Of a stretch of 64,000 bases of DNA, positions 27,715-41,740 are shown one piece after another. Under the pieces are notes generated by a model. The model was not told where the DNA came from and did no database searches. It saw nothing but the letters and a program-made list of their open reading frames with translations. The stretch lies in contig OX597816.1 of NCBI GenBank assembly GCA_951406725.2, forward strand, positions 44,454,001-44,518,000. The letters are read 5' to 3'. The number at the start of each line of letters is the position of its first letter. Position 1 is the stretch's first letter. Position numbers and translations under genes: made by a program. Source of the stretch: Octopus vulgaris (lineage: Eukaryota).

Positions 27715-28040
27715 CTCCTTTACTTGTTTCAGTTATTAGACTGCGGTGATGGGGGCATAACAAACGCAGAAACACACACGCGCGCACACACACACGCGCA
27801 TGCACACGCACGCCCCCTCGCACACACACACACACATGTATGACGGCCTTCTTGCAGTTTCTGCTTACCAAATCCAGTCACAAAGCTTTGATCAGCCCGA
27901 AGCTATAGCGAAAGGTACTAGACGGAGGGCTATAGTAGAAAGTAACAGGCAGAGGGCTATTGTAGAAGGTACCAGGCAGAGGGACTGAACCTGGAACAAA
28001 ATATAGCTGGGAAGGAAGTTTCTTACCACAAAGCCACTTG
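27715..28040 (-). mobile_element. SINE family B, diverged, with an internal ~27-bp triplication
   Basis: Family B motifs; GCTATAGTAGAAAGTA..AG.AGAGG repeated about 3 times at 27903-27985. Confidence 0.7.
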
Positions 28041-29069
28041 ACATATTTCTTGAAACTAACGTAGATTTTATTATGCATGTTTTTCACTTTCATATAAGAA
28101 TTAAAATATAACCTAGGAGAAGAATGACCAAATGAATTACCCATCACCCTTCTATTTGGCTAGTATTTATTTCAACGAAGTTCTCTGAGAAAGTCCTAAC
28201 TCTATTCTGTTTCTGTCACTACAATTATATCGGTATTAACTTCATTTGCTAGCGGTTACATGGGGCAACAAAGTACGAGGTAGGAATAGTAGTTATGGTC
28301 AACTATTATTTGAATACTACTTACATTACGTATTCTGGCATAGAGAATGAGAATGTTGGTCCTTTAAAGAAACAACCACATACTGCAAATTTTTGTCTGT
28401 GACTTGCAGTAGTCGTACCAGCCCCAGCAGTGACCATAGCTCTTTCGACTAAGTATTTGAGCAATGGCTGGAGGAAAAAATAATTTAAGATGTCGGTAGA
28501 GGTGGTAGATGAAGAAGTCAACACGATGCGTGAGAGATGTTGAGAGTGAGGTTTAGTGTGTAAGTAAGGAAATCCGAGAGAGACTTGATTGATGAGACAG
28601 GCTGATGTGGGGTAAATTGAAGTAGAGGTAAGCGAGAGGTGGATGCTAAGTGGAGTGAGTTAACATACACACACTGTCGACAAGGGAGTGAATCGAAAAG
28701 TAACACGGTTGTCGCGGTGGGATGGATGGCAGATTTGGAGGAACTGGAGTCAAATATTCATTCCGCTGGAAGTTGAACTAATGAGGACATTAAGCGCCAT
28801 TTGCTGAGTTGACGGGATACATTTAAAACATTGATTTGGATGAATACAAAGTTATGACTGGGAACTAGAAAGTGGGGCTTCAAGTGGTATCCCAGTCAAT
28901 GAGTTTTTATCCAGTCTCAACTAAAAACGGTGATTTGTACTGACGTAAATGGTACATCAAAGTTTGTTCTATTTCCTTGTATATGCGAATGCTTAATATG
29001 CGGAGATATCGCTTACTGATAAGTGACTGAGGAATAGTTAGGCTAATTATTAACCAGGTATATACAATA

Positions 29070-29280
29070 TATTTCTTTATTGCCCACAAGGTGCTAAACA
29101 TAGAGGGGACAAACAAGGACAGACAAAGGGATTCAGTCGATTACATCGACCCCAGTGCGTAACTGGTACTTTATTTATCGACCCCGAAAGGATGAAAGGC
29201 AAAGTCGACCTCGGCGGAATTTGAACTCACAACGAAATACGGCTACGCATTTCGCCCGGCATGCTAACGTTTCTGCCAGC
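29070..29280 (-). mobile_element. SINE family A
   Basis: Family A core and head. Confidence 0.9.
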
Positions 29281-30717
29281 ACGATTCGAACGTACTCTTG
29301 AAAGCGACCGGTAAGACGATGACTTGTTTCTCCATTTCAAAGACAGCAGTACAGTTTTCAGATGATTCAATGCATAAGGTTGGAGCAAGTGCCACAGACG
29401 TTTTGAATAAAGTGGTAATGCATTTCAAGCCGGAGATTGTTGTAGTGTTCTGTTATATAAGAAGCGAGTGTTGCACCATCACCGAGCACATTTAAAAGTG
29501 TCTGGTTGCAAGTTGGTGTGGACTCTGACCTTGACCATTGTATACGCCACTGGCCGATCGGTTGTGGACGCTCCTACTACGTTTCACAACTTATCAAGGG
29601 TACCCTTGATTCAGAAAGGCATACTGCATTTGTTCAGGGTGGGATTTGAAATCTGAATCAATGCCGCAGAATTGGGCGAAGGAACTGAGAGGATGTTATG
29701 GCACTTATTGAGTTTGAGGTGAGAGAAAGATTAGTGGAGTAAAAGAGAGGCGAGAATGAGAAAGCAACGGTAGATAGCGTTTACAGCAAAAATCATGTCA
29801 AGTAAAGTAACGAGGTGTTCGGATACGGTGGAGGCAAATTTTTAGGCGGTGCTGAAGACAAAAATTAACGAAAGAGGTGAACTTATTGAGATGTCTAATG
29901 AGAGTGTAAGCACCAACACAGTGCTACTTCAGTCTCATAATCGGGATGTACATTATCAGTGTTTTCTGCGAATTGTTTTTTTATTATCATTATTCTTGTA
30001 TTAAGATATGATATCTATAGGATTAAACATCCAAATTAGTTGAGAGGTTTAGATGTTTTGAATAATATTTAATCAATGAACACTCAACGTCAATACCTAT
30101 GTGAGAATACAGAAATATTACATCAATCAGTTAAAACTCAAACTTCCTAATTTTCAGCGATAAACAAACAGATGAGATCCCCTTATTTTCTCAACACGCA
30201 GGATAGCTACTGACCATCACATGAGTACGGTCCAGTAAAATTAAACAAACAAAATAACTCTATGGAACCTATAGTATCACACATAAACACGTCTGTATGT
30301 AAAATAGAATCATCAAAATACTCACACACAGAGAAATATAGTATACATCATTTGTTGAATTTCTAAAGATATTAGATGAAATGAAGTTGACACCATCTCC
30401 AATATAGATGTAGAAAACTCGTTCATAAACTTGCTAGTTGCAGAAATAGTTGGAATAAGATAAAAATACATAAATTCTAAAACAATAATACCACTTGCAT
30501 TACCGGTAAATTTATTGATTGAAGAAGTCATTAGTACGCGAACAATGGAAGAACCACCTTTTTGCTTTCCACAAAACAAAATTTGTTTACACAAAAAAGA
30601 TTAAGAAACTATAGGTTCTCATTTGAGACGTACGGCCGCAATAGAGAACGAATTAGACAACACACATACTCTCACAAATACACACGCGCTCTCTCATTCA
30701 CATACTCGCAAGCACAT

Positions 30718-30770
<53 letters not shown>

Positions 30771-32229
30771 AATGCACAAACACACGCACATATATATACA
30801 TATTATATAGTTACACGAGATATATTCAATGTAACAGCTGTGACGGATACACGGTAAAGAGTTAAAGAAAGACCTGGAATTCAACTACGTACAGAAATTT
30901 GACATCCAAAATCATACAAGCATATGTCTATATCTAGATATAAGCACCCAAATAAACATAAGAATAGGTACATCAAATCTGTTTACATCAAAGATGGGAA
31001 TAAATCTAATTACCTTCATGGAGACGGTGAATGTATTGTCACAGGAGAATATACTCACCATTACTATGCAACAGAAGCATCAAACATTGCATGCGTTTAA
31101 AATTCACAAACCAAACACTAAAACTTCTATATGAGTCAAATTCGTACACACTTTAGAGCTGACAGACACTTAATAATCTCGTAAAATGAAACACAAATAC
31201 TTGAAACGAAGCCACAAACTGGCATTAATATTATACAAAATCGCTAAATTACTAAATATTGACTACAAACCACAAGCATATACACCTACGGACATGCTGC
31301 AAACGAGGAATGTAATTTATAAATTTGGTTATAAAAATGTAAAAGTTGTATGCTTCATGAGAATTCTAATACAGGCCGTGCAGATAAAACAATATGCTGT
31401 AGGCTCAACATATGACTACAACAAGGAGCAATTGTAATATATTACAACGCAGAACATAACGCAGAAATGTGTAAGACATTAGTGGATAACACAACCACGC
31501 TAGGTAAAATTCTCTCAGAAGCAGACGATATTGTCATAGAAGCCTTTCACATAAAGCAGTACAATGCATTAAGAAACGCATAGACAATACATGCACGTTA
31601 CAAACACCAAATTTCAAATGCTGGCTTAAACATGCCATTAATAATTTAAGCCCTGATGATTTGACTGCGAAAGTTGTTGACCACAGAGATTTGTGGGCTT
31701 TCTCGTTACATATGACCTGCATGAAACTCAAGTGAAAATATGATAAAGAAGAAACTAATACAAACTGAAAAGTATGCGAAACATTATGTGTGTGAGAATA
31801 TATGCATGCATGTATACATATACATATTTATGTGTTCGTGTGTGCATTTGTGTGTGTGTGTGTTGAAGGTTGAAAAGTAGCACACGTGTTCATATGTATA
31901 AGGAAAATAGGACAAGGTAGAAAATACTAAAATAATTTTATCATGAAGAACATTTTAGTGCCGGTTTCAGACTTTGTGACTTTTTCAACTTAGAGTAAAG
32001 CATGAAAAACAATTAAATTGTGGAAAAATTAAACGAAAAGTTTTTTTTTAAATATTTCCATAGTTTTCAAATAGTTGGTACGTTTTCTTTCTCTCTCTCT
32101 TTCTCTTTCTCTCTCTCCATCTCTCTCTCTCTCCATCTCTATCTCTCTCTTACTTTTATGTACGCCCTGTAGGTAGGTAGTAACATATCTGAAGGAATAT
32201 TTGATATGAAGGATGTTGGTTTGGACTTT

Positions 32230-32316
32230 GATTGTTGAAGCAGCAGTAGCCGAGGAAAGAAGAAGAAGAAGGAGGAGGAGGAGGAGGAGGAGGAGGAGGA
32301 GTAGAGGATGAGAAGA

Positions 32317-32357
<41 letters not shown>

Positions 32358-32360
32358 AAG

Positions 32361-32414
<54 letters not shown>

Positions 32415-32452
32415 AAGAAGAAGACGACGACGACGACGACGAAGAAGAAGAA

Positions 32453-32484
<32 letters not shown>

Positions 32485-32830
32485 AGAAGAAGTAGTGGCA
32501 GAAAAAGTGGGAAAAAGTGGAAGAAGAAGTTGAAGAAGAAGTGGAAGAAGAGGAAGAAGAAATGGGGGAAAAGTGGAAGAAGTGGAAGAGGAGGAAGAAG
32601 TGGCAGAAGAAGTGGAAGAAATGGAAGAAGTGGAAGTGGAGGAAGAAGTGGCAGAAGAAATGGAAGAAGTGGCAGAAGAAGTGGAAGAAGTTGAAGAAGT
32701 GGAAGAAGTGGAAGAAGTGGAAGAAGTGGAAGAAGTGGAAGAAGTGGAGGAGGAAAATGAGGAAGAAGTGGAAGAAGAAGAAGAGGAGGAAACGAGGAAA
32801 AAGAAGAAGTCGAACAAGAAGTGGAAGAAG
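32230..32830. repeat. Purine-rich GAA/GGA/AGT and GAAGTGGAA minisatellite
   Basis: Seen directly. Confidence 0.9.
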
Positions 32831-33326
32831 AATATTCGTAGAATCTTCTTAAATAGTCAAGTTACCTAAAAGTTACGTGTTGTAGTTATAGTAGTAGTAT
32901 TGAAATTATAATAGTATTGAAATTGTTCTGAATAAATTCATGGGTAGTGACTGTTCTGAATATTTCGTTTTTAATATTTGCATGAGTATTGTTCTAAGGC
33001 CCTTCTAGTAGTGACATCCGTGGTGGAAGCATTCAAAAGGGGTTCATATTTTGCGATAAAATGAATGGTCACTTGACCATTTAAGAAGACTCTACCAACA
33101 GTCTATCACTCCCTTCTATCTTTTTCTCTTCTTTTCCTACTGATTCATGTTCTTCTGTCTCGTATCATGAAACTGTGTGTGTGTATATATATGTATATAT
33201 ATGTATATATATGTATATATATGTATATATATATATATGTGTGTGTATGAATATTAATTCTTGTATACATCCATATATAGGTATATACATATATAATTAT
33301 ATGTATTTATTTGTTTATACGAATGT

Positions 33327-33773
33327 GACGAAGGAGTTGCGTTCGAATCATGCTACAGAAGATATGAATGCATCTTCGAGAAAGAATGTAAAGATTGGAA
33401 CGACGTGTTGAAAACACGCTTAATCTTGAGAAAACTGGCGGGAAGAGAACATGAATGATACAGTAATTATGTATTCCCAAGAAAACCTGCGTACGTAAAC
33501 TTTAATGACACAATAGATATATTGTGTAAAATATTCAGTGAAAAAAGCTCGTTGTTCAACACACGTTGGAAGTGTTTGAACATAGAAGACAAGAGCGAGG
33601 GCTACATCACATATGCTGGTAGAGTTAATAGGGAATACGAGAAGTTCAAGCAGGACGAATTAACGCCAGATATGTTCAAATGCCTGGTTTTTACACAGGG
33701 ACTAACTGCTGAAAACGACACAGAAGTTAGGACTAGAATTCTCGCACAGGTAGTAAAAAAACTAGCATGTTAG
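33327..33773 (+). mobile_element. Ty3/Gypsy gag-like remnant
   Basis: DEGVAFESCYRRYECIFEKECKDWNDVLKTRLILRKLAGREHE*YSNYVFP...SLFNTRWKCLN...YAGRVNREYEKF...FKCLVFTQGL, resembling K02A2.6-like Gypsy gag. One in-frame stop. Confidence 0.8.
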
Positions 33774-34689
33774 TTGAATTAGAATAATTGAAGCATGCAT
33801 TTGACATTTCCAGGGTGGCCCGACGTGTATGTATGTATGTATGTATGTATGTATGTATGTATGTATGTATGTATGTATGTATGTATGTATGTATGTATGT
33901 ATGTATGTATGTATGTATGTATGTATGTATGTATACAAATACACGTATACAAATAAATACAAGTATGAGCGTACACTCCTTAGCTCTAACTCACGGTACC
34001 GAGCACTCTGTGCTTATAACGCGTATATACCAAAATTGTGTTGAATAGTATCTGCAACGCATATCTATCTAGTTAACTATGCAACTGTATATCTAGTATG
34101 TGTGAGAATGAGTGTGTTTGAATATGCATTTACATGCGTACATATGTGCCTATATATGTATGGATGTGTACGTGAATGGATAATTGCATGTTCGAACATC
34201 ATCTCGTGTGTAATAATATGATAATTCCATGTGCGTGTAGGTGTGCGTAAGCATGGTTTGAATGTGGTCATATCGGAAAAGAAAGGAACAAATGAAGAAA
34301 GAAACCAGAAAAGGGACAGTGTTAGAAATCTTCCGTTCCTATGATGGTATCAATTGATTTACAACCAATATCTGTACTGCTGAGCTAATAAAACTATTGT
34401 TGGTGTTTTGCCAAAAATTCAAGCTAGTTTGCTTTAGAGTATAAAGAAGAGAAGCAGAGGGGATAGGAAGATGAAAATGAAGAAGACGGAGAGGAAAGAC
34501 GTAGAAGATAACGACGAAGATTTAGAGGAAGAAAAGACAGCAAGCAGAACATAGAATTTCAAAGGTTTCTATTTTCTTGTTCAAATTTTGATTTATTTAT
34601 TCAAGTATTTATGTATGCATTCATTCATGTGCCTCATAGTCTATTATGGAATTTCACTTACTTTTGTTTCATTTATACACACACAACAT

Positions 34690-34707
34690 ATGCATACACA
34701 CACACAT

Positions 34708-34750
<43 letters not shown>

Positions 34751-34801
34751 TGTGTGTGTCTATACATATACGTATATATATGTATATATGTCCAAACATG
34801 C

Positions 34802-34838
<37 letters not shown>

Positions 34839-34912
34839 TTTTGTATGTATATATATACATATATACATGCATGTGTGTATATATATATATATATCAGTAT
34901 GTGTGTGTGTGA

Positions 34913-34951
<39 letters not shown>

Positions 34952-35056
34952 GACACTTATGTATGCATGCAAAGTATATCTTTATTCATTGATTCATGAG
35001 ACTGCTAGTCTGAAAACTAGATTTGTCTTCTTTTCATTTTGACTTTTCTACATTAG

Positions 35057-35113
<57 letters not shown>

Positions 35114-35320
35114 ATGTATACAAGTATTCATATGCATACATACCTATATATATATACTTATATATACACACACAGTTTCATACATACGTACATACACATA
35201 TACATTCATACATACACACGCATATATATGTATATATATATATGCACATACACGCGCATACACTCACACACACATAAATATATACATACATATATATATA
35301 TATGTATATATATATATATG

Positions 35321-35386
<66 letters not shown>

Positions 35387-35489
35387 TAATTATATGTATT
35401 TATTTGCTTATATGTATATATACCTACGCAGATACATATATTTACATGTATAATACTCCCATGTATACGTTCCTATCTGTATGTGAGTG

Positions 35490-35554
<65 letters not shown>

Positions 35555-35600
35555 TTTCATATATATATACACATATATATATATATATATTTACATATGA
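34690..35600. repeat. TA/CA/TG microsatellite field
   Basis: Seen directly. Confidence 0.95.
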
Positions 35601-36196
35601 GTGTGTTACTGTATAATTCATATGTGTATATATTATCCGAAGTGTGCTAAGGGCTGCATAGAAAACCCACATTGCTTTGCATATGTTGTAACAGCATGAA
35701 AACAAGGTAATTTGTCTGTTGCCATATTCCAGTTTATCAATAAATATTCATTAATACGGATAACTATAACTGACGACGTAAACTGATTGAATTACTGGGA
35801 AAAAAAAACAAGTACACACACACATATACACAAGTTAAATAGATGTATACGTATGAGTGTGTATGTGTATATGTATGCGTGTTTGTTTTTGTGTGTGAGT
35901 GTGTTTGCGCGCACGAGTGTGTGTGTATGTGAATTATCAATAAAATATATACCGTACAATGGCGACCAACAAGTTCATATATCAATTCCAACAGAATATT
36001 TTCCTAAAATACGTGTATAATATTGTCTCTTTTCGTCGAGTTGTGATAGTATCTGGAACATCGCTGATAGTGTTGTGCCTCACGTGTTTGTAACAAATTC
36101 GTACATACATATGTATACATAAATACATACGTACATACATTTGCACATATATGTACATGCACACACTCACACACACACACACACACACATATATAT

Positions 36197-36254
<58 letters not shown>

Positions 36255-36418
36255 TCACATATATAATATATATGTTTTATATACATATGTATGTATTTAG
36301 TACATATGTATAAGCAAAATTTGTATATATAAAGAAATAAGAAAGAAATATAAGTATACTAATATACGAAATACAAACGTAAGGCTGTCTAAATTATCTG
36401 CGTTGTAATCAGTATACA

Positions 36419-36454
<36 letters not shown>

Positions 36455-38021
36455 AACTATAAGAAAACTTTGTAAGAAATATGGAAAAGTTAGAAAGAAA
36501 ATCTTTCATAAGTGACTTTCTAATACAAACAAGCAAAACTATTATTAGAGGAATGATTTTTGTCCTTCACACGGCTGTTGAGTTTCGTGGTAAAAAATTA
36601 TGAATGATTAACGAAAAACAAGAAACAAAAAGACAGTGCAGAACCATACAAAAATCACATAGTTTGACAGTTTGAGTCTGCACACTACTAAATAATAATT
36701 TCGCTGCCAGTTTTCCATACTTTTCCATTTTTTTTTTTTGTGTGTGGGCCTTCATCAGACTTAGATTTACACCAACCATTCTACCGGGGAATTGATTTCT
36801 TTCTGATTCTGCAGTCATCGTTATCAATGATGATCAAAACTGCGGATGATTATAGGAAGTAAATGACGGTGAGTAAGATGGTGATAATGACGATTGACGA
36901 TGATGACGTATATAATGAGGCAAGGTGTAATTATAATAATTATATCTACGGTGATCAAGATTATGATGAAGATGATAAGAAATACTACCAAAGGGTATGG
37001 TGATAAGAGATAGAGGGAAAAATACGAAAACGCGAGAGTGAAAAATAAAATCAAGCGACGGATGTGAAGATTAATTATATTAATGAAATAACAACAAACA
37101 AAGACTTCCTTCTGAATACCCTGGAACCAATGTATAAGACAGTCTACGACATATATAGTTGAATGAAAAGTTAAAGAAGATATATTGAAGACACACTAGT
37201 TGATACTTAAGAGAAAGCTACAACGGCAAAAACAAAAATAAGGTAATAGGAATTAATACATTAGTTGCGCAATTAAGTTAAATTAAAGTTAACTGGATAC
37301 TAATTTAATTAGTACTGGAGAGGTAAGAAAAAATATGAAAAAAATAATGCTTGTCTTTAGACTACACTTCTTAACATATAATTAGTGCGAGCTATCTAAG
37401 AGATCTTGTATAAATTGCTTATATTATGAAATGTCCAATAATGTTATGTAACAAATAATGGGAAATGAATTCAAATAGCTACAAATCACGGCAAAACAAA
37501 ACAAAAGAAAAATCCTTCGCTGAAGGAACCGACTGGGAGAAAAAGGGCTAAAATTTGGGCTAAACGAAAAGAGAAATTGTAAAACATTTATGAAGTGAAG
37601 TAGAAAACTTAGCAACAAAATGCCATGCGAAAATGGAGTCAAGGGATTTGTCTACATGGCCAATTGTAGAAAAAAAATAATGGAACGGAAATACAAAAAT
37701 ATCATTAGCACTGGCTGAAAAGATCATGATGCAATGCTGGGACTGAAAGATTAATACTTTGGAATCAAAGTCGATTCTCCCAGGACCACCAAAAGCATAA
37801 AATAATACAGACTACAGAATATGTGAACGTTAGAAAGAAGCAATTAACAGCTTTACGTCTAGGTTCTAACCAAGCTAAGAGAACGTATATTTACTGGAGT
37901 GACAGACTTAGTGCTCTCATATTCTGTATGTTACACCAGCATTATAGAGTAGCAAAGGAAGAGTTGAATAAACGTAGAGTAGAAAATATTTCCAAGGTGC
38001 CAGCGTGTTTGTGTGTTAAGA

Positions 38022-38184
38022 AAGGCACAGGCGTGGCAGTGTTGTAAGAAGCTTCCTTCCCAACCATATGGCTCTGGGTTCAGTCCCACTGCGTGGCATC
38101 TTCAACAAGTGTCTTCTATTATAGCCTCAAGCCGACCAAATTATTGTGAGTGGATTGGTAGACGGAAACTTAAATCTGCTTGTC

Positions 38185-38186
<2 letters not shown>
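38022..38186 (+). mobile_element. SINE family B, 5' part
   Basis: Family B head and CORE-like block. Confidence 0.85.
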
Positions 38187-38253
<67 letters not shown>

Positions 38254-38254
38254 C

Positions 38255-38288
<34 letters not shown>

Positions 38289-38483
38289 GAGTCGTCATGA
38301 TAGATCGGTAGCCACTCCACACACATTTTTTCTCTCCTTGTTTTTTTTTCTGTGTCCCTTTCTGTAGAAGAGCGTACGCTCGAAACGTAAAAGACTTGCT
38401 ATTCCTCAGCATTATACTAATACATCTGTTTGTTTTCTACACCACCTGTCTTCGTCTTTTGTTTTTTATTTTTGTGAACTCCC
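38289..38483 (+). mobile_element. Solo PLE pseudo-LTR-like unit between (TA)n tracts, carrying a hammerhead-like motif at 38358-38393
   Basis: CTTT-CTGTAGA-A-GAGC-GTAC-GCTC-GAAA-CG-TA-AAAG. Confidence 0.65.
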
Positions 38484-39072
38484 CTATATATATATATATA
38501 TATATATATTCCAAATTTGTGTTAATGTGTATAGAATATATCAGTGAAATAAAGTTAAAATATGGTATGGTTTTCACGTTTTTTATTATTGTATTTTAAA
38601 AAGAATTTACAATGTTGAAATGTGTTAAACATAAAAAAATATTATGTAATGTTCATAAACGCCAATTAGTAATCATCGGATTTCAAAATGTTTTTACCTG
38701 ACTGTAGTAAAGTGACTAACTTCTCCCTTTTTATACCTCTTAGAAGGCTCCAACAAACGGAATTTTTCGAATACATGCTTGACCAATCCGCAAGCATCTT
38801 AAATGTCACGGTTTGCCGGGCTCACCGATATTACTGGAATGGATCACGCCTTTATTTTAAGTGGTATAATAAGGAAGAAGTCGGTCATTTTACTACAATT
38901 ACCAAGAATTTAACTGTCAGTTAAATACATTTTGAAATCTAGTGATTACTACGAACGTATGAAAGCGTTAATTGAACTTTGTGAACATTATAAAACATTG
39001 TAAACAAAAATTTAATACAATAATAAAAAAAAAACGTGAAAACCAGCCCATGTTTTAACTTTATTCAACTGA

Positions 39073-39099
<27 letters not shown>

Positions 39100-39103
<4 letters not shown>

Positions 39104-39330
39104 GCCTATGTATGTGTGTCTTTGTGTCTGTGTTTGTCCCCCGCTTCACCGCTTGACAACTAGTATTGTTATGTTTACATGACCGTAACATAGCGGTTTG
39201 TCAAAAAGGACAGATAGAATAAGAACTAGGCTTAAGAAAAATAACTCCTGGGCTCGACTAAGATCATTCAATGTCTTTGCTCCAGCATGGCCGCAGTCAA
39301 ATAACTGAAACAAATGAAAGAATAAAAAGA
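39100..39330 (+). mobile_element. SINE family B, 3' part
   Basis: CGCTTGACAAC...GATAGAATAAG..CTCCAGCATGGCCGCAGTCAAAT tail. Confidence 0.8.
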
Positions 39331-39653
39331 ATACTCTGAGATATATCACAAATAGAGATTACCAGAATGTTGGATCGAAAAACAAAACATCCCTGTAATA
39401 CAATATGTTCTATAAATTAGCGTCCAATTGCATATTCAGGACTTCGGCGCTTATAAATATACATAACATACAGAAGATCAAACAGCTTAGTGATGCGTAC
39501 TTCTGTATAGTATTTCAATACAATATTAAATTCGAAGCATCATTTGATATGCCAATGGCACAGAAAACCTTCACAAAAGCACGGCCAAATATGGGAAAGA
39601 GTAGTCGGTTTAGTCGGTTATATCGACCTCAGTTCAGAACTGGTATTATTGTA

Positions 39654-39886
39654 TGGCGAGCTGGCAGAAACGTTAGCACGCCGGGCGAAAGGCGTAGCCG
39701 TATTTCGTCTACCGTTACGTTCTGAGTTTAAATTCTGCCGAGATCGACTTTGCCTTTCATCCTTTCGGGGTTGATAAATTAAGTAGCAGTTACACACTGG
39801 GGCCGATATAATCGACTTAATCCGTTTGTCTGTCCTTGTTTTTCCCCCCTGTGTTTAGCCCCTTGTGGGTAGTAAAGAAATAGGTA
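39654..39886 (+). mobile_element. SINE family A
   Basis: Full head, core and tail. Confidence 0.9.
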
Positions 39887-40009
39887 TTAATGTATGATTC
39901 TTGAATCAATGTAAGATATATGTGACCTCTGAATTTAACTTCACAACCCAAAGATCGCAATAAATACTCTAAGGTATTTTACATCACTCTTAAAATTGTG
40001 TCAATTGTT

Positions 40010-40383
40010 CCAAATTTTGACAACAAAGGCAGCTTCAGGGAGATGGGGATCACTCGATTACATTGACCCCAGTGTTCAAATGCTACTTATTTTATCGACC
40101 CTGAAAGGATGAAAGGCAATTTGAACTCAGAACGTAGCGACGGGCGAAATACCTATTTCTTTACTACTCACAAGGAGCTAAACACAGAGAGGACAAACAA
40201 GGATAGACAAACGGATCAAGTCGATTACATCGACCCCAGTGTGTAACTGGTACTTATTTCATCGACCCTGAAAGGATGAAAGGCAAAGTCGACCTCGGCG
40301 GAATTTGAACTCAGAACGTAACGTCAGCCGAAATACTGCAAAGCATTTCGCCCGGCGTGCTTACGTTTCTGCCAGCTCGACGC
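40010..40383 (-). mobile_element. Two SINE family A copies (inverted relative to 39654-39886)
   Basis: Reverse-complement family A blocks. Confidence 0.88.
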
Positions 40384-41059
40384 ATGAGTAATAATAAAAA
40401 TTAGAATAAAAAGAATGTTATCATCGAAATGGAATTATAGATTCTACGTCTACTTACGTAGTTACCTAATCAATATTTCTACTTATATTTATACGCACAA
40501 ATACACACACACACACAAGCGCATATGTATGCATGTGCACGTGCGCCTTTATTTATGTATGCATTCATATGTACATGAGTATTTCTTGCCAATTTGCATG
40601 TAGTATTTTATCGTCTTGCCTACATTAAATATACGTCAAAATTTACTTAAGAATGCACCTTGAATTCCTTAGAGAAGATTTTACTGAATTTATTATTCAC
40701 CATGCATGGTATATTAAGATTTAGATTGCCACAGAAACCATGAGTCATGCATTTCTTAACGGTTCCTGAAACTTATACGGATTAGGTATGCTGGCATACA
40801 ACACATCGTCTATTCTTCCTGGTCACTAATTTATCATTGTTATCCAACACGATCCGAATATGAGCATTATTTTTCAGGATATAGTTCAATAAATCTGCCA
40901 ATTTTATCTCATTCTTGCCACAATATCTATTCCGTCTAGGAGAATTCCTGGAAAGAGATTATCTCTAATTTTATGTCGGCAATGTTTGCGTTTTGCATTG
41001 ATAAATATTGTTTTCCAGATTTTCTCACCAAAGCTATAAATATATTGGTAATAATATGT

Positions 41060-41740
41060 AAGGCAACGCCGGCAAGCTGGTAGAATCATTAGACGGCCGT
41101 GTAAAATGCTTGGCGACGTTTCCCCTGTCTTTATGTTCTGAGTTCAAATCCCGCTGAGTTCGAGTTTACTTTTAATCTTTTCGGGATCGATATTTTAAGT
41201 ACCAGTTGAGTACTAGGGTTCATCTAATCAACTGCACCCCCTCCCCCAAAATGTTGGGCCTTGTTTCGATTAGATAAGAAGAGAATATATAAAGCAAGGC
41301 CAGCTAGCTGGCAGAATTAGTAGACCGCCGTATAAAATGCTTAGCGGCGTTTCGTCTGACTTCACATTCTAAGTTCAAATTCCGCCGAGGTGGACTTTAC
41401 CTTTCATCTTTTCGAGGTCGATAAAATGAGCACCAGTTGAACACTGAAGTTGATGTAACCGACTTAGTCCTTCCTCCGAAATCGCTCGCCTTGTGTCAAA
41501 ATTTGAAATCAATGCTATGAACCTAGTAATGATGTTGGTGGGGGTGGCAGGTCGTTAGAATGCCAGGCAAAATGCTTAGTGGCATTTCGTCCGTCTTTAT
41601 GTTCGAAGTGCAAATTCCGCCGAGGTGGACTTTGCCTTTCATCCTTTCGGGTTCGATAGTATCAGACGAGCACTGGGGTCGATGTAATCGACTCTCCCCC
41701 TCCCCCGAAATTTCAGACCTCGTACTTATAGTAGAATGGA
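41060..41740 (+). mobile_element. Three tandem SINE family A copies
   Basis: Heads near 41070, 41300 and 41540. Confidence 0.85.

Noticed and set aside
28330-29900. Possible LINE ORF1 zinc knuckles and APE start on the minus strand
   Set aside because: The motifs cannot be recovered in frame.
30322-30594. 90-aa minus-strand ORF ending at a GTGAGT donor-like site
   Set aside because: No recognisable family and no supporting exons.
32308-32869. Acidic EEV-repeat or basic KKW-repeat protein
   Set aside because: GAAGTGGAA minisatellite grading into simple repeats and open in several frames.
36700-36770. CTGATGAAGGCC on the minus strand
   Set aside because: No closing stem II or correctly placed GAAA.
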